From Leptolyngbyaceae cyanobacterium (GTDB lineage Bacteria > Cyanobacteriota > Cyanobacteriia > Phormidesmidales > Phormidesmidaceae), in NCBI GenBank assembly GCA_965263355.1, contig CBDHHL010000056.1:1120001-1184000 (forward strand): 64,000 nucleotides of DNA. The letters are read 5' to 3'. The notes under the pieces are model-generated. The model was given only the letters and a program-made list of their open reading frames with translations. It was not told the origin of the DNA and searched no databases. The position numbers and the translations under genes are program-made. This document shows positions 50,793 to 59,346 of this stretch, one piece after another. Position 1 is the first letter of the stretch, and each line of letters opens with the position of its first letter.

Positions 50793-53783
50793 CTAACCGT
50801 TCCCTTGTTGTTGGTGTAGACAGTAGTAACGCCCCTTAAGTGCCAAAAGCTCATCGTGGGTGCCTTCTTCGACGATAGAGCCCTGGTCCATCACGATAAT
50901 ATTATTGGCGGTACGTAGGGCTCCCAGTCGGTGGGTAATAAAGAAGACGGTGCGTCCTTTGGCCCATTGCATCAGGTTAGCGGAGACTTGAGCCTCGGTG
51001 TCGTAGTCAAGGGCACTGGTGGCCTCGTCCAAAATTAGTAGCCGAGGATTTTGCAAAATTGTGCGTGCGATCGCAACCCGCTGTCGCTGTCCCCCCGATA
51101 AGGATGACCCTCGTTCTCCTACCCGAGTGTTGTAGCCCACCGGTAGCCCCATAATAAAGTCATGACAGCAGGCAATCTGAGCAGCCTGAATTACTTCTTC
51201 AGTAGTCGCTTCAGGATTGGTCAACGCGATATTTTCCTGAATGGTGCCCTCAAACAGCAGACTATCCTGGGGCACAATACCTACCTGTCGTCGTAAGGAA
51301 TATAGCTCCACCTTATTAATATCGTAATTATCAATCAGGATACGGCCCGAGTTCGGAGCATATAGCCTGGGTAACAGTTTCATCATGGTACTTTTACCCG
51401 AACCACTGAGCCCCACTAGCCCGACAAATTGACCCGCTGGAAACTCGGCATTGATATTTGAGAGCTGCAATGGGCCAGATGCCCCAAATCGGAAAGAGAC
51501 ATTCTCATAGCGGACATGACCTTTCACGTCCGGCATCGGAATTTGGCTACGCTGCTCGTCCTCTTGTTCTTGGGGATGGTCGATGATATCGCTCAAACGC
51601 TCCAAGGACAGGGCCGTTTCTTGGAAGTTTTGCCATAGCTGGGTCAATCGCAACAACGGCTGAGTCACATACCCCGCAATAATTCGGAAGGCAATTAATT
51701 CACCCAGGGTCAACTCGCCTTCAAGCACCAGGTAAGCACCAAACCACAGCACCAGCAAACCCGAAATTTTATTCAGGAAGTTACTAGCAGAGCTAGCGGT
51801 GGTGGAGGTAAGCACCGTCTTAAACCCGTCACTCACATAGCGGCCATATCGGTCCTGCCATTTCCAACGGGTATTCAGCTCAATATTCTGGGCCTTAACC
51901 GTTTGAATACCCGATAGGGCCTCCACCAAAAATGATTGGGTCTTGGCATTTTGCTCTGCCTTAGCCCGCAACTGACGCCGGACAATCGGTGACACAAAAA
52001 AGGTCAACCCCAAAAAGAGGGGAATGGTTGCCAGGGATACCACCGTCAGCTTGATGCTGTAAATCAGCATAACGAGGATATAAACCACTGAGAAAACCGC
52101 ATCCAACACCACGGTCAGGGCCGTACCGGTGAGAAATTGACGGATATTTTCTAGCTCGTTCACTCGGCTGGACAGTTCACCCACTGGACGCCGGTCAAAA
52201 TATTTCAGCGGCAACCGCAGCAGGTGGTCGATAGTTTGAGACGCCAGGGTCATGTCGATACGGTTGGTGGTATCGACAAATAGATAGGTACGCAGACTGC
52301 CAAGAATGGCCTCAAACACAGCCACAATCACCAGGAATATGCCAAGCACGTGCAGTGTATCGACGCTTTGCTGCACAATCACTCGGTCAATAATCACCTG
52401 AATCATCAGGGGATTGGCCAAGCCAAATATTTGATAGAAGAATGAAGCAGCTAATACCTCAACCAGAATCCACTTGTACTTCTGGAGGGAAGGCACAAAC
52501 CAAGACAACCCAAAGCGTTGCTGGGGCGTCTGAGCGGTGGCCTCTAATAAAAGCACCTCACCCTCAGGTCCCCAGATTTCTTCAAAGGCTTGGGGGGAGT
52601 GGCGCACGGTTCCCCGGTCTCCAGGGCTACCAATGACGTATTGCTTTGCTGAGGTTTCATAAATGATGGCGTAGCTATCGCGCCATTTAATCAAAGCTAA
52701 CTTGGGCAGTCGGCCAATGGCACTGGCAGGTACCTTAGCGAGCTGAGGTTTAAGGCCCAACATGTCGGCAACCGCCCCGCAAGAAGGTAGGGAAACTTGG
52801 CCCAAACGCGCCTTTTGGTTGGCCAGAACCTTGCGTACAACATCCCGCTTAAAGGGCATATTGAAATACTTGGCCAACATCTCAAAGCAGGCAACCAGGG
52901 TGTCTAGCTCACCGCGAGCACGGATATGGGGATAAGCCTGATTGCTAAGTTCTGTGTCGTTGTCAATATCTTGGGGAATCGCATTGGCGTAGGGAATCGT
53001 CGACTCAGCAGCCGATGTATCTGGTGCGTCCGCCTCTCCCCAAGGGTCATCGTTTAACACTTCTACCGTTTTGGTTTCCACCTGGGTAGCCAGAATGGCA
53101 TGGGGAATACCGATTAGACGAGCGCCACTGGCACTAATTACTTCAGTCGAGGCGATGGTAGGACTCAACTGATCGCCTTGTTCATGAAACGCTACGTTCC
53201 CACGGCTAATAAACCAGAGGTTTTGCTTATCTAAGTCACTATGTGTCAGCGGACCATTAGGGACTTCTTTAACCGTAATTCCCTGACGGAGAATAGTTTC
53301 TGTCAGGGTAGCGATATCGCCAACATTATGAGCCTGCTTTTCAAAATATTTGCCGAGAATTTCGAATAGCTCTGCCAGGTAGCAATGGTTTTGGACGGCA
53401 TTGGCAAAGTTGGGCTGACTGGAAATAAGCTGCTTGATGATATTGACTGGGATGGCGGCTGCCACAATTTCAGTGGATGCGATCGCGCTTTCGCACGCCA
53501 CTCCCCTGGCAGGACCTGCCAGACCCAAAATGTCCCCAGGACCCAATAATTTTAACGTAATTGGATTTTTGGTGTAAGGGTCATATCCCAGTAGGCGTAC
53601 CTGACCCTCTTTAATTAGGATCACCTGATGGGGCATCGTTTCACGCCGCAGGATAGGCTGGCCCATGCGGTATCTCAACAGTTGACTTTTATCAGCCAAC
53701 GTCTGTAATACCTCTGCCGGTAAGCGATCAAACGGCGTCATATCGCTTAGCAGTTGATATATAGGGTTCACAGTATAAGTCAT
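50793..53783 (-). CDS. HlyB-like type I secretion ABC transporter (cNMP-binding + C39-like + TMD + ATPase)
   Basis: GLSGSGKST, LSGGQRQR, LILDEATSALD; N-terminal cNMP-binding-like and C39-like domains. Confidence 0.93.
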   Translation of the reverse strand: MTYTVNPIYQLLSDMTPFDRLPAEVLQTLADKSQLLRYRMGQPILRRETMPHQVILIKEGQVRLLGYDPYTKNPITLKLLGPGDILGLAGPARGVACESAIASTEIVAAAIPVNIIKQLISSQPNFANAVQNHCYLAELFEILGKYFEKQAHNVGDIATLTETILRQGITVKEVPNGPLTHSDLDKQNLWFISRGNVAFHEQGDQLSPTIASTEVISASGARLIGIPHAILATQVETKTVEVLNDDPWGEADAPDTSAAESTIPYANAIPQDIDNDTELSNQAYPHIRARGELDTLVACFEMLAKYFNMPFKRDVVRKVLANQKARLGQVSLPSCGAVADMLGLKPQLAKVPASAIGRLPKLALIKWRDSYAIIYETSAKQYVIGSPGDRGTVRHSPQAFEEIWGPEGEVLLLEATAQTPQQRFGLSWFVPSLQKYKWILVEVLAASFFYQIFGLANPLMIQVIIDRVIVQQSVDTLHVLGIFLVIVAVFEAILGSLRTYLFVDTTNRIDMTLASQTIDHLLRLPLKYFDRRPVGELSSRVNELENIRQFLTGTALTVVLDAVFSVVYILVMLIYSIKLTVVSLATIPLFLGLTFFVSPIVRRQLRAKAEQNAKTQSFLVEALSGIQTVKAQNIELNTRWKWQDRYGRYVSDGFKTVLTSTTASSASNFLNKISGLLVLWFGAYLVLEGELTLGELIAFRIIAGYVTQPLLRLTQLWQNFQETALSLERLSDIIDHPQEQEDEQRSQIPMPDVKGHVRYENVSFRFGASGPLQLSNINAEFPAGQFVGLVGLSGSGKSTMMKLLPRLYAPNSGRILIDNYDINKVELYSLRRQVGIVPQDSLLFEGTIQENIALTNPEATTEEVIQAAQIACCHDFIMGLPVGYNTRVGERGSSLSGGQRQRVAIARTILQNPRLLILDEATSALDYDTEAQVSANLMQWAKGRTVFFITHRLGALRTANNIIVMDQGSIVEEGTHDELLALKGRYYCLHQQQGNG

Positions 53784-53818
53784 ACGCTATGCAAATTCAT
53801 TCTTAATTAGCTAATGTC

Positions 53819-54541
53819 TTAGGACACAAGGGGTTGAACGCCTGTTACCTGAGTCGTTTCCCTAAGCCAGGTTTCAAAGAGTTCATTGAGCAGCTGCTGG
53901 CGCATGGAGTCATCAAACTGAGCCGGTACAAATTTTTCTAAACGAGTAATGACATACCATTCGCCAATGGGTGTGGGAGACCAAAGCTGCCCAGGTTGAC
54001 TGACTGAAAGCATCCGACCAATCATCGGGTGGGGTACGGTCAGGGCAACAGGGCCAATTAAGCCACCGGTTTGGGATTCCTGGCCTTCGGAGTAAGCACG
54101 AGCCAAATCACTAAAGGATTCACCGTCGTCATTGAGACGAAAATAAAGCTCTTGGGCCAGACTTGGATCTTTGGTGCGAATCAATGAATAGAGCACCCGA
54201 TCAAACTTGGCCTTACGCTCTAAAAAATACGACTCTGTTTGATTACCCCAGGTATCCTCCTTAAACTTTGCCAGCTTGGCTTCTCGCAACGCCCTCATAT
54301 ACATCTGCTCTTGGGTCAGCTTGTTTTGGGTTTGCCATGCCTGCTGCTGCTGTTCAGTTAGCAACTTACGTTGCGAGCAAAAGGTTTTGTAAGCTTCTTC
54401 GGGATCACACTCAACAGAGTCTATTGCTTGATCAATAACGACCTCCTGCACCAGCTTAGGCAAAAGCTGATATTGATCCAGTCGTTCTAACAAAGCTCGA
54501 ATATCAAGCTCTAAATCACCAATTTTCAAGACTGCTGCCAT
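53819..54541 (-). CDS. PpiC/parvulin-type peptidyl-prolyl isomerase associated with the T1SS
   Basis: YSLIR, AQELYFR, F..LA..YS.G.E..TGG.IGP. Confidence 0.88.
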   Translation of the reverse strand: MAAVLKIGDLELDIRALLERLDQYQLLPKLVQEVVIDQAIDSVECDPEEAYKTFCSQRKLLTEQQQQAWQTQNKLTQEQMYMRALREAKLAKFKEDTWGNQTESYFLERKAKFDRVLYSLIRTKDPSLAQELYFRLNDDGESFSDLARAYSEGQESQTGGLIGPVALTVPHPMIGRMLSVSQPGQLWSPTPIGEWYVITRLEKFVPAQFDDSMRQQLLNELFETWLRETTQVTGVQPLVS

Positions 54542-55466
54542 TAAAAACCCCTGATAGATTAAAATGCTGTCGCGTCATACCTGACGGTGGTTAAGCAAGA
54601 TTTAGTTAGATAAGGTTAGGAATTAGAAGTATGAGCGATTTTACAAGGTCAAATTCCTAGGCTTGGAAAACTCAAAACCATAATCAGGAAAAATCGTTAA
54701 TGCTAGATAAGTCCAACCTAGCATCAGGAAAAATCGCTACAACCTCCATATTTATATATTTGAAATAATTTTACAGATTCACAAAAGGGAGCTTGCTTAA
54801 TTTTTCCCGCTACAACTTTGTACCAAACAAGTTTATTAGATAAATCTGACTAGATAGTAATGATTAAAGTTTGGGCATATCCATAAAAGTTAAAGTTACA
54901 CAGACTGAACCAGTTAATACATACGACCTTTATCAAATTAAGACAATCAAGTTAACTAGTTCTTCACAAATAGAGGGCTTGCTCCGGTTGTTTTTCCATA
55001 CAGTTATGTCATTGATTCAGGGCCTGTTCAACCAGAGTTAGTTTTGACAGACCACTAGTAAAAACTATAGTTTTGATTAATTTTGAATCGATACTGATTG
55101 ATATAAGGTTCACCATAACTTTTTGATGAGAGTTGATCCTATGACCCATGCACAGTTTTGTTGATAAGTCAATAAATTTATTGTTGCTATGGGGCAGTGG
55201 CAAGACAGTGCATTCCTAGCAATTATCTTGGCTGGCCTTAGACGTATTGCTGGGATATTTAGTTTAGTCATATTGGGTATCCACTCAAGCCGGGAAATTC
55301 TGGTTAACTAGGAATCTAGAATCCAGGAGCCAGAATGGAGAAGGGATATGGCTTCTGGCTCCTGACTTCTGACATCTATCCTTGGGAAAACTGCCCGCTT
55401 TAAGTTGGTACCCGTCATATTAAAATTTTCATCAGACAGGAGGGCAGGATCAATCAAAACTAAAGA

Positions 55467-56189
55467 ATGCAACGGATTACTATTAGTCCAGCCCAACGGG
55501 TGAACAATACTCTCCAGTTAACCAGTGAACAGATTCATTATCTACAGCGGGTGCTACGGCTAAGACCGGGGGATTTGTTTATTGCTCAGGATGGCCAGGG
55601 GCAACAGTGGCAAGGACGGTTAACGGAAACCCCGGAATGGGCTCAAATTCTCTCTACATTGGTGCCATTATTACGGCCAGCGACGCTAGAGCTGGTAGCA
55701 GCTTTACCGAAAAGCGGGTTTGATGATGTGGTCCGTCAGGCCACTGAGTTGGGGGTAACGGCAATTCAACCCTTGCTGAGTGAGCGCACCTTGCTTAACC
55801 CAAGTTCAAAGAAGCTAGTGCGTTGGCAGCGGATAGCCCAGGAAGCGTCGGAGCAATGTGAACGTGGTTATATACCGAAACTGATGCCGCCCATAAGGTT
55901 TGCAGATTGGGTAAACACAGAGTCTGTATCTGTAGGGAACTATTTTTGTGTTACCAGAGTCAATGCACCTGGGCTATTGCCTTGTGTACAAGCACTTCTG
56001 ACCGATTCTCCTCAGCAATCGATTCGGGTGGTGATTGGTCCGGAGGGGGGCTGGACGTCTGAGGAAATCGCGGTTGCGATCGCATATGGTTACCAAGAAA
56101 TCTCTCTTGGATCCGGGATATTACGCGCAACAACAGCTGCGCTTACCGCCTTGGCGATTATCTCATCAGTTAGAGAGCAGTTGATATAA
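55467..56189 (+). CDS. rsmE: 16S rRNA (uracil-1498-N3)-methyltransferase
   Basis: HYL.RVLRL, ATELGV, EASEQC.R, IGPEGG, LG..ILRA. Confidence 0.95.
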   Translation: MQRITISPAQRVNNTLQLTSEQIHYLQRVLRLRPGDLFIAQDGQGQQWQGRLTETPEWAQILSTLVPLLRPATLELVAALPKSGFDDVVRQATELGVTAIQPLLSERTLLNPSSKKLVRWQRIAQEASEQCERGYIPKLMPPIRFADWVNTESVSVGNYFCVTRVNAPGLLPCVQALLTDSPQQSIRVVIGPEGGWTSEEIAVAIAYGYQEISLGSGILRATTAALTALAIISSVREQLI

Positions 56190-56328
56190 ACAAATCTCGC
56201 GTGTTTGTCCGGATGGCCTGCTGTCGTAACCTTGGCTAAGTTGGGAACAAATTCAGATGATATAGATAGGTGTTATTAACCTTATCTGCGTTTGGATATG
56301 GGGTTTAGTGTTTATTCAAATAGTAACC

Positions 56329-56604
56329 ATGCAAAGTTCAGTTAATCAGGAACACGTATTTTCAGGATTTCATGCATTATCAGAACCTATTCGCATTCAG
56401 GTTTTAGAACTTCTACGCGAAGGAGAGTTTTGTGTCGGCGACATGTGTGAGCGACTTAGTATTGCTCAATCAAAACTATCTTTTCATCTTAAAACGCTTA
56501 AGCAAGCAGGTCTGGTATCTGCTCGTCAGCAGGGACGCTGGATGTACTATAGTCTTAATCCCGAGCAATTCAATGTTTTAGAGACCTATCTGTCTAACTA
56601 TTAG
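56329..56604 (+). CDS. ArsR/SmtB-family transcriptional regulator
   Basis: FHALSEPIR, EFCVGD, QSKLSFHLK.L..AGLV, GRWMYYSL. Confidence 0.9.
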   Translation: MQSSVNQEHVFSGFHALSEPIRIQVLELLREGEFCVGDMCERLSIAQSKLSFHLKTLKQAGLVSARQQGRWMYYSLNPEQFNVLETYLSNY

Positions 56605-56656
56605 CTCTCTGCACCAGAGACTCATTAACAAAAACGCATAAAAGTCATTTAAGAAT

Positions 56657-56690
56657 CACAACCGTAGTGTTAATTGACACTGCGGTTGTG
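56657..56690. terminator. Hairpin between convergent ArsR and TpsB genes
   Basis: CACAACCGTAGTGT-loop-ACACTGCGGTTGTG. Confidence 0.6.
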
Positions 56691-56752
56691 TTGTATTAAA
56701 CGGTGCACGGATCACAGTGCATGACCCACCAATCAAGACAATGGGCTCGTGC

Positions 56753-58492
56753 CTAAAAACTAGGTTGATAATCCAACAAAAAGTACAGCCCATTTTCCTG
56801 CAGTGAATCGCCAGAATCATCGGTATCAGTCAAGGGAATACCATAATCCAGACGCACGGATAAATCAGGGTTCACCCGCCATCGTAGACCAACACCCAAG
56901 CCCGCCAAAAACGATGGATCTGGATCTGGAATTTCGTTATTCCAACCCACACCAGCCTCTAAAAAAGGAGTTACCTGTAATGTATTGGGATTTTTGGTAA
57001 CGGGAATCCGGAATTCTACTGACCCTGTAATCGCATTGTCAGCTACCAGCTGGTTTTGACTGTAGCCCCGCACGGTACCAACACCGCCCAAGCTAAAACG
57101 TTCTACGGGTAATAACCCATCGGGTGTAAGCTGGGCACCGACACGGGTTAAGACTAAAAATCGCGGTGATACTTGCTCAATCCATTGAAACTGGCCTAAC
57201 CAGCTAAAAAAGCGACCATCAATACCAGAATCATTAACCGTGGCATCAAACAGGTCTAACCCCACGCTAAACTGCGAGCGTGCGGCTAAGACTCGCGACT
57301 GACTGCGTTTAACCCAATCTTGATAAAACCGTAGGGCACTGATCTGGGAACGACCGTCTTCAGGACCTAACGAAAATGAAAAGGGAATATCATCCAAAAT
57401 AAAGCTACGGCTACGCTTCCAGTCAAAATCTAAGCCGAGGGCAAACTCTTCGGCAGGAGTGCGGACAATGGGTTGGCGAAATCCTGCTGATACGGTGGTA
57501 GTTTCACTGCGAATACCCACATCTTCAAAAGCATCTTGAATGATACGGCTATCGCTATTGCTGAATCTTAGTTGAAATGTGCCATTCTTCGCATTGATGG
57601 GAATGGCATAGCTGATGTCATATAGGTTAAGCCCTTCAGTAGAGCCAAAGCTCCCAGTTAAACGATCCCCCAGACCCAGGGGGTGACGGGCTGTAAACCC
57701 TATATTGACACCTTCTGAGCCAATACTAGGAGAACGATAGTTGTCGGTGCTAAAAGAAAGGGCAAAGGCATCAACTTCTTCGAGATCTAAAATCAGTAGA
57801 CTTTTGCCAGGGCCATTACCAGCGGTTAGTTCGGCATTGACCCGCTCTAGGGATGGATCAAGTTGTAGAAGCTGCAGTCCCCGTTCTAAATCCTGTTGGT
57901 TAAAGGGAGCTTCCATAGCCTGGCCCAACCGGTCACGAATATAGCTTTGGCGCAGTCGTACTAAGCCATTGATCTGTAGGGCTTCGATTTCTCCTTCAAC
58001 AACTTGAATATTAACGGTTGTGTTGTCGGGGCTTAATTCTTGATTGTTGGGGACAAAGGCTCCGGAGGTAATATAGCCTGAGGTGATATATAGCTGGGTG
58101 ATTCGCGATCGCAAATTAAATAAATCAGACAGCCGAATCTCTTTGCCTTCGTAACAAGCGACCTGTTCTGCAATCTCCTCTTCCAGAATGGTATTACCCA
58201 GCACATTAATGGTCGTTGCTTGAAATGCAATTTCTGGAGTATCAGCTAAGGCCGGGCACTCTTGCAAGTTAAGCACATCAGGAATACCAGCCTCAGGCAA
58301 GATATCGTCCTGGGAGCCAGGCTGCTCTTCTGGAATCGGCTCCTGAGGTGTCTGTGATTCCACCTCGGGGTTAAAGCCTTCGGGCAACGCAGGAACGTCT
58401 GAGTTGGGGGCTTCTTGGGCAATGGCTGACAGACCGTAGCCAACAATTGCTAGATAACTGAAAATTGCGACAAAAAATCGGGGGCTAGGCAC
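56753..58492 (-). CDS. ShlB/FhaC/HecB (TpsB) two-partner secretion outer-membrane transporter
   Basis: Signal peptide, POTRA (GYITSGA), DNYRSPSIG, GGVGTVRGY, RLDYGIPL, aromatic C-terminus. Confidence 0.92.
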   Translation of the reverse strand: MPSPRFFVAIFSYLAIVGYGLSAIAQEAPNSDVPALPEGFNPEVESQTPQEPIPEEQPGSQDDILPEAGIPDVLNLQECPALADTPEIAFQATTINVLGNTILEEEIAEQVACYEGKEIRLSDLFNLRSRITQLYITSGYITSGAFVPNNQELSPDNTTVNIQVVEGEIEALQINGLVRLRQSYIRDRLGQAMEAPFNQQDLERGLQLLQLDPSLERVNAELTAGNGPGKSLLILDLEEVDAFALSFSTDNYRSPSIGSEGVNIGFTARHPLGLGDRLTGSFGSTEGLNLYDISYAIPINAKNGTFQLRFSNSDSRIIQDAFEDVGIRSETTTVSAGFRQPIVRTPAEEFALGLDFDWKRSRSFILDDIPFSFSLGPEDGRSQISALRFYQDWVKRSQSRVLAARSQFSVGLDLFDATVNDSGIDGRFFSWLGQFQWIEQVSPRFLVLTRVGAQLTPDGLLPVERFSLGGVGTVRGYSQNQLVADNAITGSVEFRIPVTKNPNTLQVTPFLEAGVGWNNEIPDPDPSFLAGLGVGLRWRVNPDLSVRLDYGIPLTDTDDSGDSLQENGLYFLLDYQPSF

Positions 58493-58912
58493 AACCGGCT
58501 TAAAATACTGCTTTGTAATATGAACCGTTGCTTATCATACTAAAGCTGTCAATTTTACATTGTTTAAAGAATTACTAATGTTGGAAAACTTGACATAGCT
58601 TGGCCAATCCTAGGCCCATTCCCCCATTAGTGGCATTGAGGGGGGAATAGGTAGGGGCGCAGTCCCGTCGTAGGTTGGGCAGAGTCCCGAACCCCAACAA
58701 GCCTATGCAATGGACAATGGGCAGCAGCGGCAGGATTCAATTCATAAGAGAAACGCCTTATGTAGATTTCTGCAATCTAGTTTTTCTAATTAGGGAAATT
58801 GACATTAACCGTTTTGTCCGGTGATTTGCAGGATTGTTGCTTTTAAGCTTGAGCTAACGATGCTGAACGCAGTCTTACAGCCAACTCAACTCCTGAAATG
58901 TAAAAGGTCCCA

Positions 58913-59056
58913 ATGAACAAGACGCTCCTACGCCTGACCAGTTCTAGTTTGTTAGCGACTACATCAATGTTTGCGTTGGGTTTAGCTAAACCCAGTATGC
59001 CAAAGGCATCGCCAACTCTCTCAATTAATCAAGCCGCTGTTTTAGCCTGGAACTAG
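58913..59056 (+). CDS. Putative 47-aa peptide with a signal-peptide-like N-terminus (not in the ORF track)
   Basis: MNKTLLRLTSSSLLATTSMFALGLAKPSMPKASPTLSINQAAVLAWN; AAAAGG upstream. Confidence 0.45.
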   Translation: MNKTLLRLTSSSLLATTSMFALGLAKPSMPKASPTLSINQAAVLAWN

Positions 59057-59070
59057 GGAGAACAAAAAAG

Positions 59071-59217
59071 ATGGAAAAGTTTTTGACAGCATTGTTAGTC
59101 ACCTTTGGTTTGGTCATTTTACACAATGTGACAAGCGTCCCAATAACCGAGAGTCAATCCTCTGGGGTGATTTTCTCCGAAATTTCTTTCCAAGAAAATA
59201 CATTACTCTATCGTTAG
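59071..59217 (+). CDS. Putative 48-aa peptide with a hydrophobic signal/anchor N-terminus (not in the ORF track)
   Basis: GGAG RBS; MEKFLTALLVTFGLVILHNVTSVPITESQSSGVIFSEISFQENTLLYR. Confidence 0.5.
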   Translation: MEKFLTALLVTFGLVILHNVTSVPITESQSSGVIFSEISFQENTLLYR

Positions 59218-59346
59218 TGATTTTGTTATGGGTCCATGTCTCTACACCATCTTCCTAGGTTGACGATGCAAATCATAACGTCAGATTCTGAGACACATCT
59301 GGTAGGCTAAAGGCAAACGCCCCCTGCATTTTCCGGAGCTGTCGCT

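Noticed and set aside
55308..55496. 62-aa minus-strand ORF and the 55009-55203 ORF
   Set aside because: They run through STRR-like heptamer inverted repeats and a MITE end; no coding signal
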